In this document: in pieces, positions 14,528-23,009 of the stretch | How positions within the stretch are numbered: position 1 is the stretch's first letter | Layout: each line of letters begins with the position of its first letter | IMG/VR virus record: IMGVR_UViG_3300037755_000517 | Location: 1-42,831 of that record | Direction: 5' to 3' (one strand) | DNA from: a virus | Lineage: Duplodnaviria; Caudoviricetes | DNA length: 42,831 nucleotides | Notes under the pieces: model-generated | Told to the model about the DNA's origin: nothing | Database searches by the model: none | The model's input: the letters and a program-made list of their open reading frames with translations, nothing else | Position numbers and translations under genes: made by a program

Positions 14528-17007
14528 TTAACCAGCGCCGGTGTGAATGCGGAAGTGGTTACGCTTTTGAACGGACGTAACGCCAGGCCGCGGAACCCTC
14601 GGACGATATCCAGATTCCGACGGTGCGCACCGTACCCGCAGCCTTTGCCACGTGAAATATCACGGAAAGCGGTCACGAACGTTTTGCGCGGCAGTATTCT
14701 GTCTTCGCCTTCGGCCAGCGACCACGCGCGGTATGCGTCGTATATCTCTGTGCTGGTGGTTATTTCCTCCTCGCGGTGGAATTCACAAACAGCGTCGACA
14801 AATGCGCGCAGAGGGCTGTACATTTCTGCAATGTATTGCATTTCGTTTTTGCTGGCTTCGGGCAGCGTGAACGCCCGGCGGCGGTTTAACCGCGCCAGCC
14901 CTTGCAACGACCACAGCGCAATGCCGCTGATTTCGGTTTTTAATTTGTTGATAAGCTGGGTATCCTCGCGGCCGGCAAAACTGACATCCATCGGCAGCAC
15001 CAACAACCGATTCGAAAGCGCCTCGGCGTCGTCAAACAGCCGGGGGATATAGTTGGACGCCAGGGTAATGCGCGCCGGCACGCGGCACGCCATGCGCGAT
15101 TTGTATTTCCGGCTAAAATCTATGAAGTCGTTACCGCTGATTTTCTTTATCCGCTCGACAACCGTGTCGATATGGTTGCGGCTGATATTCTTGGCGGTGT
15201 CGCCGCTGAACGCGACGGTCTTGGTGCGCAGGCTGTCTATGAAATCGTCATCTTTGAACGACGTAAGGCTGGCGCCGGAGTAGTTGTCGTGGCCCACCAG
15301 GTCGGCCAGGATCAGGCCGAGGGTGCCCTTGCCGGAGCGCGTCGGCCCGATTAAAAGCATAATTTTTTGGTACTCGTAACTGGGCGCCAGCATATAGCCG
15401 AACCATTCCTGCAGTAGGGCGATGCGTTCCTGATCGCCTTCGAATATCTCGTTTAAAAACGCCACCCACGTCGGCGCCTGCGCGGACGGGTCGTAGTTAT
15501 AAGGCGCGATGCGGGTTGTGTAGTGCTTTTTGTTGTGCGGCAGCAGCGCGCCGGTATACAAATCTAATATGCCGTTTTGAAACAGAATCAAATTACTGGG
15601 CGCGTTCTCGTTCATGGCGACGCCGGCGACGTGTGTCATGCTGCCTAGCGTGCCGTATGTGCCCGTGACGGTCGAACGTTGCGGACGGGAGGCAATCATC
15701 GCCATGGTGATCTGATGGTCTAGCGTGGCGTCGTCGAGCTCCACCCAGCATTTGCCGTTGAATGCGTACCATATTTCATTTGAACGGAGCAGGGTGTCGT
15801 TGGGGTAGTGGGTCTTTAAAAACAGGGCGGCATTTTCGGCGTGATTCTTTGTGTACAGCCCGTCCGGTGTGGCTTGTCTTGGCGTTACGGTTTGATCGAT
15901 GGCCGCCGATAAATCCTTGTCGAGCAGCTTGGCCTCTTTGAGGCTGGCTTTCAATTCGTTACGCAGCAACAGCGCCTGCGTTCGGTTACACCCGGACGCC
16001 GCAATTTCCCGCATGATCGCCTCGACGTTGCGGCTGTCCGCCCCGGATTCCATTATCCGTTCCAACAAACCGTTGAACGTGGACATCGGCGCGGCGTTGG
16101 CTCCGAATGCCGCTGCAGTATCGAATCTTGCAGGCGGCTGCCAGCCCGCGCGAATAGCCATATGAAACAGCGAGCCGACGGTAATCGTGGCGCCTTCGCG
16201 TTGCGCCTTAAAACTGTTCCATTGTGGTATTTGTGTGTCGGGCGCGTAGCTGGCCGGCTGTCCGTCGGGCCAGAACTGGCCGGCCGACCACCGGTCCCAT
16301 ATTTCAAACCCGGCCGCCGCGTCATCATGAAAATAATGCTTAAGCGCAAAACCGATATCGCGCCAGGTGTCGCGCTCGGTCGGGTCTATAAACGCCAGCG
16401 CGGCGGTAAGGGTGTCGAGGTCGCGTTCGTTTTCACTGGGCGGCGCGGCGGCAGGCGCCACGGCTTCGAGCTGTTCAAGCAGCGGCCGCGTAAATTCTGG
16501 CAACACCGGCAGGCTGTCCGGGTATGCCAGTCGCAGGACGCCGAACGTGTTCGCCTGCGTGTAGCCGCCGCCGGAACAGATAAAACCGCGGCCAGCTACG
16601 CGGGTGTCTATGCCGCTACCCGGGCCGCCAAAATTTGAGCCTTGCTTAACCGGCCAGTCCGGCAGCCGGAACGCGTAATGCGAGCCGCCGCCGATGGTCG
16701 TTTGAATGAGTGCCGCCGCCCACGGCAGGCTGCCGCCAAACAGCGCGTCGGCCAGCTCAGTGGTGCAGCCAGGCCTGTACGTGTCCAAGTCGATAACGAC
16801 GACGCCGGCGGGAACCGGTATACCGAGTACTTCGCAGCCGCCCCATGGCACGGCCGGGTCGTCGGGGTGCCGGTGGGCGGTCACCGCCCAGGGTTCATGG
16901 TTAACGGTAACCGGGTGTTTGGACCATTTATTGCGCGCCGCATCGTATTGGAGCCGGCAAGGGAACGCGCCCAGCCCGGCGGCTTTTATCTCTTTGGCTA
17001 ATTGCAC
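14524..17007 (-). CDS. Prim-Pol (AEP)/PriCT-2/D5-type SF3 primase-helicase (P4 alpha-like)
   Basis: VVIDLD, TIGGGSHY, IDTR..G.G; PriCT RDTWRDIGFALK..WDRWS; FQNGILDL; LLQEWFGY; Walker A GPTRSGKGT; IKKISGND; C-terminal winged helix. Confidence 0.92.
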   Translation of the reverse strand: MQLAKEIKAAGLGAFPCRLQYDAARNKWSKHPVTVNHEPWAVTAHRHPDDPAVPWGGCEVLGIPVPAGVVVIDLDTYRPGCTTELADALFGGSLPWAAALIQTTIGGGSHYAFRLPDWPVKQGSNFGGPGSGIDTRVAGRGFICSGGGYTQANTFGVLRLAYPDSLPVLPEFTRPLLEQLEAVAPAAAPPSENERDLDTLTAALAFIDPTERDTWRDIGFALKHYFHDDAAAGFEIWDRWSAGQFWPDGQPASYAPDTQIPQWNSFKAQREGATITVGSLFHMAIRAGWQPPARFDTAAAFGANAAPMSTFNGLLERIMESGADSRNVEAIMREIAASGCNRTQALLLRNELKASLKEAKLLDKDLSAAIDQTVTPRQATPDGLYTKNHAENAALFLKTHYPNDTLLRSNEIWYAFNGKCWVELDDATLDHQITMAMIASRPQRSTVTGTYGTLGSMTHVAGVAMNENAPSNLILFQNGILDLYTGALLPHNKKHYTTRIAPYNYDPSAQAPTWVAFLNEIFEGDQERIALLQEWFGYMLAPSYEYQKIMLLIGPTRSGKGTLGLILADLVGHDNYSGASLTSFKDDDFIDSLRTKTVAFSGDTAKNISRNHIDTVVERIKKISGNDFIDFSRKYKSRMACRVPARITLASNYIPRLFDDAEALSNRLLVLPMDVSFAGREDTQLINKLKTEISGIALWSLQGLARLNRRRAFTLPEASKNEMQYIAEMYSPLRAFVDAVCEFHREEEITTSTEIYDAYRAWSLAEGEDRILPRKTFVTAFRDISRGKGCGYGAHRRNLDIVRGFRGLALRPFKSVTTSAFTPALVK

Positions 17008-17405
17008 TCGAACGCTTCTCCCAGCACCGTTATAATTTTTGCAAGTGGCAGACGGTCGGACGGCGCGTCGATCAACACGCGCAGCACGTCCCGAAGGTCA
17101 ATCGCGGACGTGTCGTTCCAAAACTGTTTAATCTGGATCAAGGCTTCACGGAATGCACGAATGTTGGCCAGGTCGCCGCGGCGGATGGCCGTATCGAGTA
17201 AATCTTCGAGCGTGTCGTACGCTTCTTGCAGTGCAACCAGTCGTCCGCGCGGGTCGTCTATCTGGTCGACCGGAATCCGGATCGACGTGCCGTTCGGCCG
17301 GCGCGCGCCTTTAATGCGGCCGTCGTTCAGCATGTTGTGTATCGTCATGACGGACACCCCCAGAATCCGGGCGGCCTGTTTGGGCGTGAGTTCTTTAGTC
17401 AGCAT
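16998..17405 (-). CDS. Excisionase/MerR-like HTH DNA-binding protein
   Basis: LTPKQAARILGVSVMTIHNMLNDGRIKG...IRIP; GGAG RBS before ATG 17405. Confidence 0.8.
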   Translation of the reverse strand: MLTKELTPKQAARILGVSVMTIHNMLNDGRIKGARRPNGTSIRIPVDQIDDPRGRLVALQEAYDTLEDLLDTAIRRGDLANIRAFREALIQIKQFWNDTSAIDLRDVLRVLIDAPSDRLPLAKIITVLGEAFECN

Positions 17406-17620
17406 CGGGGTATATCTCCAGGCTGACACGGTAACACGCGCCGGCTGTATGAAACACGCCACGGTCTACGAGACGGTTGCCGACTTGGCTGAATAGCTGG
17501 CCGTGGTACTCCGGATCGATCTTGGCGACGATATCGGCGATTTGACCGGCGGCCCGTTCAACGGTCAGCGTTCGTCGGCGGTTCTGGTAGCCGCGCACCA
17601 CGCCGGTTAGAAAATAATAA

Positions 17621-18031
17621 GGGAATTATATATTTGACTCCCGCGAGTTTATCTATATCGGACCCGCAAGCCTCGCGGAGCCGCTGGAGCATAAACCATG
17701 CAGACTTTTGAGTGACGCCGATTTCTTTGGACAGTTGCAGCGAGCTAATGCCCTTGCGGCTGGTAACTAGCAAATACATGGCGTACAGCCATTTGTGCAG
17801 CGGCACATGGGACCGCTCGAATATGGTTCCGGTGCGGACGGTGAAATCCTCTTTGCAGGCATTACAGCGGTAATACCCGTTTTTTCTGGCGGTGATCCGG
17901 TCTTGTGTTGCGCAAACTGGGCAGCATACGCCAGTTGGCCACAGGCGCGACTCAAGATAGAGCCGCGCTGATTCTTGGTCCGGGAACATTTTGAAAAGCT
18001 GTAAAAGGCTGATTGTGATTTTGTCGTTCAT
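17621..18031 (-). pseudogene. IS1595 transposase, 3'-truncated (Zn ribbon and HTH kept, DDE domain lost)
   Basis: FPDQESA..YLE..WP.G..CP.C, YRCNAC..DFTVRTGTIFERS, KGISSLQL...GVTQKSAWFMLQRLREA, then runs directly into the TIR. Confidence 0.9.
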
Positions 18032-18118
18032 TCTTTGGCCTCCGGTATTTCATCGGCGATCATATAAAATTCCATCGCCTGCTGACTGATCCTATTTTCG
18101 CGGCGAAAGAATGAGGCG

Positions 18119-18141
18119 GGCTAGTCCAATATGGACTAGCC
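18119..18141. terminator. Hairpin between passenger gene and transposase
   Basis: GGCTAGTCCA-ATA-TGGACTAGCC, a perfect 10-bp stem with no clear U tract. Confidence 0.4.
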
Positions 18142-18171
18142 TGTCACCTAATTGGTGGACTGGATTAACTC

Positions 18172-18360
18172 TCATGCTGTCGTGTCCACTTCGCCAGATT
18201 CCAGCAGTTCTTCGGCTACCTCGGGACTGACTTGCCACCGACCTGCTGCATTGCCGTCCTTATCGGGCCAGAGAATACAATCCCCAGAGTCATAGAGCCA
18301 CAAAAAAGCGTCTTCACCGGCACCTGCTTTGGCTTGAATAATTTCGGCTGCTGTAGTCAT
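18172..18360 (-). CDS. Small acidic IS passenger protein
   Basis: AGGAG RBS, near-consensus promoter upstream, Asp/Glu-rich 62 aa. Confidence 0.75.
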   Translation of the reverse strand: MTTAAEIIQAKAGAGEDAFLWLYDSGDCILWPDKDGNAAGRWQVSPEVAEELLESGEVDTTA

Positions 18361-18395
18361 TGTTTTTCTCCTAAAATTACGTTGTCGATGGTGTA

Positions 18396-18465
18396 ATTAT
18401 AGTCCTTTTGGTGCGGGAGTCAAGTATATAGTAATAAATATATTCATTGATTTATCAATAACTTA
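18396..18465 (-). promoter_or_regulatory. IS internal promoter built from a subterminal TIR copy, plus IHF consensus site
   Basis: TTGACT(18423-18418)-16-TATAAT(18401-18396), with the -35 inside a third TIR-like copy; TATCAATAACTTA (18453-18465) matches WATCAANNNNTTR. Confidence 0.75.
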
Positions 18466-18561
18466 CGTGATTTGCCGAAATTATTTGTTTCGGGAGTCAA
18501 ATATATAATTCCCAATAATAAAGCACGGGCGCCAGCGCCAGACAAATCAAAGCGGCGAGCA

Positions 18562-19113
18562 TTAAAAGCCCAACGCTTGCTGGGTTGACGTTATCTCCCG
18601 GTAACGTTCGAGGAACAGCGGTCGCGCGTCGTACCACTCCAGTCCTTCGATGACCAGCGGCAAGGTTTCCACGCCTTCCAGAATTGGCCACGGCTCGCAC
18701 GGCGGCATGAGGTCGCGTTTTTCGGTCGCCAGGGCGGTCAAGTCGGCGCGCTTAACACAATCCGGCAGCGTGGCCGGGAAGCCGAAACGCCGCGCCACTT
18801 GTTTTTCGTATACCTTCTCCAACTGTCGATACCCGGCGAGTTCGTCAAGCCATTTGACCGGGGACGATAGGTCGGACAAATACGCCTCGGACGCGTCGTG
18901 CAACAGCCCGATCAGCGCATATTCATGGGGGACAATCTGGGAGACTAAAACGCAATGTTGCGCCACGGAATAGAAGCCGCGGCAATGGCCGTTGAACCGG
19001 CAGACTTTGGAAAGTGACTCGGCCAAGTCTTCAATGTTGAAAGCCTCGGCCGGCGGACGGGCGACCGGTACCGGCGCGCCACTAGCGTTAATCATATAAG
19101 ACATACCGCGCAT
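18562..19113 (-). CDS. HD-domain phosphohydrolase (YfdR/YfbR-like deoxynucleotidase)
   Basis: IEDLA.SLS..CRFNGH...FYSVAQHC, LLHDASEAY..D..SPVK, VKRAD..ALATEKRDL. Confidence 0.88.
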   Translation of the reverse strand: MRGMSYMINASGAPVPVARPPAEAFNIEDLAESLSKVCRFNGHCRGFYSVAQHCVLVSQIVPHEYALIGLLHDASEAYLSDLSSPVKWLDELAGYRQLEKVYEKQVARRFGFPATLPDCVKRADLTALATEKRDLMPPCEPWPILEGVETLPLVIEGLEWYDARPLFLERYREITSTQQALGF

Positions 19114-19194
19114 CCTTACTTATTGGGGTTTTACTTATTTTAAACAGTTTATCCAATAAATCCACATATTTTGCGCGGAATGACCCTATTTTTC

Positions 19195-19448
19195 GTAACA
19201 CGTCGAAGCGTTACACGTAACACATGTAACACATCGGCGTAACACATGTAACGCTTCCGTAACGCATTTGTAACACATTGAAATAGGGCAGTAGCCCAGC
19301 CCTGACGCCATTGTAACACTTGTAACACTTTAACTCTATAAAAGCCCTCATAGTGGTAAATAAGGCTAAATGTAAGGGGGAATACGTATAGAATATGATT
19401 ATTTACTACAATAGGCATTTTATGCGTTACAAGTGTTACAAACGTTAC
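19195..19448. repeat. Iteron array flanking an AT-rich core: putative replication origin
   Basis: Nine GTAAC(A/G)C copies at 19195-19328, several 9 bp apart; AT-rich stretch ~19330-19420; three inverted copies at 19424, 19433 and 19442; non-coding gap between divergent operons. Confidence 0.7.
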
Positions 19449-19512
19449 GGCGGGCAGGATTGACGTTCTAAGGTGGCCGTGGGAAGATCGGGGGATACCA
19501 CAGGGGGACCAC

Positions 19513-21042
19513 ATGTCGCTATTACAGATTCCGTTGGCCGATTTGACGCCCTACGACAACAACAACAGTCGAACCCACAGCGACGCGCAGGTCGCGCAAA
19601 TCGCCAACAGCATAAAAGCGTTCGGCTTTACAAATCCAATTCTTATAGACGAGCAACGCGGAGTTATCGCCGGCCATGGTCGTCTCCGCGCGGCCGCGTC
19701 GCTGGGCATGGAAACGGTGCCGTGTCTCACACTGGCAGGGCTGACCGCCGACGAGAAAAAAGCCTACGTGATAGCGGACAACCAGCTCGCGCTAAACGCC
19801 GGCTGGGATATGTCGCGATTGAAAAGCGAAGTGCAGGCGCTCCTCGATACTGATTTCGACGTGGACCTGATCGGCTTTGATACCCGGTTTTTGGATGACT
19901 TACTGGCGGAGCCGCTGCCGCCTTTAGCCAACGATCCGGACGCCGTGCCCGAAACGCCGCAGACGCCGATTAGTGTCGAGGGCGATGTATGGATATTGGG
20001 TAACCACCGGGCCATGTGCGGCGACAGTACATCGGTGGACGCCGTCGAACGTCTTATGCACGGCGAGCGCGCCGCCCTGCTACACGCCGATCCGCCGTAT
20101 GGCATGGGCAAGCAAAAAGACGGCGTGCAAAATGATAATCTTTACGGCGAAAAGCTCGACGCGTTCCAGATGGAGTGGTGGGCAACGTACCGCACTTTTC
20201 TGACAGACCCCGCGGCGGCGTATATCTGGGGCAACGCGCCGGGCTTGTGGCGACTCTGGTACAAAGGCGGCCTGGGCGATAGCGAAACGCTGACCCTGCG
20301 CAATGAAATCGTGTGGGACAAGAAAAGCATTCCCGGCATGGCGTCCGCTCTTATGACGCAGTATCCCGAAGCGACGGAGCGTTGTTTGTATTTTCAATTC
20401 GGCGAACAGTTTCTGGGTAACGTTAATGCCGACCAGTACTGGGGCGGGTGGGACAAATTGCGCCTGTACCTGGCGGCGGAAGCCGACGCGGCACAGTTGA
20501 CGCCGGCACGGTGCCGAGAAATTACCGGCGTGCGGATGTATTCGCGTTGGTTCAGCAAATCGCAATGGGCGTTTATTACGGAGCAGTATTACGCAAAACT
20601 GCAGGGCGCTTTGCCCGGCCGGTTTTTGTTGCCGTATGCCGAGTTGCGCAGAATTTACGAAGGCATTAAAGGCGGCTACCGTAATCACGGTAACGGGATA
20701 CAGGGCGGCATGCGCGCGTATTTCGACAACGCCCACAGCGTTATGCGTGACGTGTGGGAATTTTCGCGGGTGGTGGGCGACGAGCGGCACGGCCACGCGA
20801 CGCCGAAGCCCGTCGAAATGATGGAACGCGTAATGCGTACCAGTTTGCCCCGGGGGGGGTTATGTGTGGAACCGTTTGGGGGCACGGGCTCCACCCTGAT
20901 AGCCGCAGAAAAAACCGGCCGGCGTTGCTACACTATGGAATTAACGCCTGCATACGTCGACGTGATTGTGCGGCGGTGGCAGGCAGCTACTGGACAGCAA
21001 GCCACGAACGAGAACACAGGGGCGCGTTTTGACGACAGCTAA
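19513..21042 (+). CDS. ParB-N domain fused to N6A/N4C DNA methyltransferase
   Basis: NSRTHSDAQV..IA.SI..FGFTNPILID...IAGHGR; LGNHRAMCGDST; DPPY; HATPKPV; EPFGGTGSTLIAA. Confidence 0.9.
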   Translation: MSLLQIPLADLTPYDNNNSRTHSDAQVAQIANSIKAFGFTNPILIDEQRGVIAGHGRLRAAASLGMETVPCLTLAGLTADEKKAYVIADNQLALNAGWDMSRLKSEVQALLDTDFDVDLIGFDTRFLDDLLAEPLPPLANDPDAVPETPQTPISVEGDVWILGNHRAMCGDSTSVDAVERLMHGERAALLHADPPYGMGKQKDGVQNDNLYGEKLDAFQMEWWATYRTFLTDPAAAYIWGNAPGLWRLWYKGGLGDSETLTLRNEIVWDKKSIPGMASALMTQYPEATERCLYFQFGEQFLGNVNADQYWGGWDKLRLYLAAEADAAQLTPARCREITGVRMYSRWFSKSQWAFITEQYYAKLQGALPGRFLLPYAELRRIYEGIKGGYRNHGNGIQGGMRAYFDNAHSVMRDVWEFSRVVGDERHGHATPKPVEMMERVMRTSLPRGGLCVEPFGGTGSTLIAAEKTGRRCYTMELTPAYVDVIVRRWQAATGQQATNENTGARFDDS

Positions 21043-21511
21043 TACTTTAGCCCAGGCGCTGACCGACCGAGAACGACGAGCCGCAGACCACTATATCCTG
21101 TACGGCGTTAAGTCCGACGCGTACCGCCACGCCTATAACACCGAGAACATGAAAGACGACACCGTGCATCGCGAAACGGCGGTGGTGTTCGGCCGTCCGC
21201 GCGTGCAGATGTATATCTTGGAGCGGCAACGCGGCCAGGCCAAAGAGTTCGACATGCAGGTGTATGAAATCAAAAAGCTGCTGGCCACGGTGGCGGCGCG
21301 GTGTCTTAAAGATCGGACCGACCGAGAGGGCAACGTCGTACCGATCGACCCGAAAGCCGTCGTGCAGGCATTGTCAGAAATCAACCGGATGAACGGCAAC
21401 CACGCCCCGACACAAAGCCAGGTAATGGTCGCGCAAGTAGCGGCCAGCGATCTGACCGTCGAAGAGTACCGGCAAATTCGCCGCGACGTGATAGAACACG
21501 ATGACTGTTAA
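21029..21511 (+). CDS. terS: Terminase small subunit
   Basis: LTDRERRAADHY...SDAYRHAY HTH-type N-terminus, directly upstream of TerL; TTG start assumed. Confidence 0.75.
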   Translation: MTTANTLAQALTDRERRAADHYILYGVKSDAYRHAYNTENMKDDTVHRETAVVFGRPRVQMYILERQRGQAKEFDMQVYEIKKLLATVAARCLKDRTDREGNVVPIDPKAVVQALSEINRMNGNHAPTQSQVMVAQVAASDLTVEEYRQIRRDVIEHDDC

Positions 21512-23009
21512 TGAAGACCCCTATTCTACGTTGGTCCGTCGTATCGAGTGCGAGGAGGACGGGCTGTATTTTAACCGCTATTTTTTTAAACAGCGGTTTG
21601 ATTCGAAGATGATAATAAGCGGGCACCACCACGCCATGCAGGCGGCGCTCGACCGGACCATGCTGCCGCCGAGCGATCCGCAGTTTATTCCGCGGCTGAT
21701 TGTTAATGTGCCGCCCGGTTATACCAAAACCGAAATGGCTTCTATCGGATACATGGCGCGCGGCATGGCGGTCAATGCGCAGGCACGGTTTTTACATTTG
21801 AGCTATTCGCACAAGCTGGCGCTCACGAATTCCGCTGCAGTTCGTTCGGTGGTCAAGTCGGCCGAGTTTCAGCAGATGTGGCATATCGAAACAAAGAACG
21901 ACGTTGATAGCAAAGAGATATGGCACACGACGCAAGGCGGCGGTGTTACTGCTACCGCCGCAGGCGGCCAGGTTACCGGATTTCGCGGCGGACACATGGA
22001 CGCGGAGAAGTTTACCGGCGCGGTGATTATCGACGACCCGGTCAAACCGGACGACGCGTATTCTGAAGTGATACGCGAGGGCGTCAACACGAACTACAAC
22101 GAGACGATATCCAGTCGCGTGGCGATTGAAACGGTGCCGATTATCGTCATCATGCAGCGCATACACTGGAGTGACTTGTCCGGCTACCTGTTGACCGGCG
22201 GCAGTGGCGAAAAGTGGTACCACTTGAACCTGTCCGTGGTGCTGGACCATACGGAACCCTACCCGGAAGAGTACACGCACGGCATACCGATCGAGCACGG
22301 GCTGGCGGACGGCTGGTTGTGGCCGTTCAAACATAACGAGTCGCACGAAGTCGCGCTCAAAGCGCACCGGCGCCGTTACTGGGCGCAGTACCGGCAAAAG
22401 CCGATTAAGCGGGACGAAGAGTCGGCGCTGTGGACAGAAAAAACAATCGCCCTCGCGCGCGAGCGGACATTCGTCACGCCGGTGGTGCGGACTGTTGTTG
22501 CCGTCGATCCGGCAACGTCAAACAATCCGAACAGCGACGAGCACGGCATCGGCGTGGCGTCGCAGCACCAGGCCGAGAACCAATTTACCATCGACGCCGA
22601 TTACACCATCAAAGGCACGCCCAGCCAGTGGGCGGCGCGGGCGATCTTGGCGTACGATGAACACGACGCCGACGCCATCGTGATAGAAACAAACCAGGGC
22701 GGCGATATGTGCGTGGATACGCTCCGGAACGCCGGCTTTAAGGGTCGTGTACTTCGCGTTCACGCCACAAAGGGCAAGACACTGCGCGCCGAGCCGATTG
22801 CGGCTTTGTACGAGCTGGGGTACGTTTCGCATAAAACCGGCCTGAGCACCGCCGAGGAAGAAATGCTAGACTTTGATCCGTTGACCGGCAAAAGCAACGG
22901 TAAGTCGCCGAACCGCTTGGACGTTATCGTCTACGCGCTGACAGAATTGGCCGGCGGGGAAATGAGTCTCGAGCAACTGTTAGAAATGGCCATAGAGGGT
23001 AACTCATGA
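21501..23009 (+). CDS. terL: Terminase large subunit
   Basis: NVPPGYTKT (Walker A), GQVTGFRG, IIDDPVKP, IMQRIH, VAVDPA, IETNQGG, K..RAEP, SPNRLD. Confidence 0.95.
   Translation: MTVNEDPYSTLVRRIECEEDGLYFNRYFFKQRFDSKMIISGHHHAMQAALDRTMLPPSDPQFIPRLIVNVPPGYTKTEMASIGYMARGMAVNAQARFLHLSYSHKLALTNSAAVRSVVKSAEFQQMWHIETKNDVDSKEIWHTTQGGGVTATAAGGQVTGFRGGHMDAEKFTGAVIIDDPVKPDDAYSEVIREGVNTNYNETISSRVAIETVPIIVIMQRIHWSDLSGYLLTGGSGEKWYHLNLSVVLDHTEPYPEEYTHGIPIEHGLADGWLWPFKHNESHEVALKAHRRRYWAQYRQKPIKRDEESALWTEKTIALARERTFVTPVVRTVVAVDPATSNNPNSDEHGIGVASQHQAENQFTIDADYTIKGTPSQWAARAILAYDEHDADAIVIETNQGGDMCVDTLRNAGFKGRVLRVHATKGKTLRAEPIAALYELGYVSHKTGLSTAEEEMLDFDPLTGKSNGKSPNRLDVIVYALTELAGGEMSLEQLLEMAIEGNS

Larger units (their letters stand above)
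17621..18513 (-). mobile_element. Non-autonomous IS1595-family element with passenger gene
   Basis: Perfect 23-bp TIRs (GGGAATTATATATTTGACTCCCG at 17621-17643, inverse at 18491-18513) and an 8-bp TSD AATAATAA (17613-17620, 18514-18521). Confidence 0.93.
17395..18562 (-). pseudogene. 88-aa membrane-anchored protein gene interrupted by the IS1595 element
   Basis: Removing 17621-18513 plus one TSD copy restores a 267-nt ORF (MLAALICLALAPVLYYFLTGVVRGYQNRRR...YPDAD*) coupled TAATG to the HD gene. Confidence 0.85.

Noticed and set aside
16998-17405. Excisionase implying an integration module
   Set aside because: No tyrosine or serine integrase in the window; such HTH genes commonly precede primases.
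18562-19113. HD protein as DatZ of a Z-genome pathway
   Set aside because: No purZ or mazZ seen; the motifs fit the widespread YfdR-like family.
19149-19514. Minus-strand 121-aa ORF across the iteron region
   Set aside because: Its VT/VL repeats are simply translated iterons; no RBS and atypical composition.
19513-19900. ParB domain as evidence of a plasmid-prophage partition system
   Set aside because: It is fused to a methyltransferase, a common phage arrangement, and no ParA is present.
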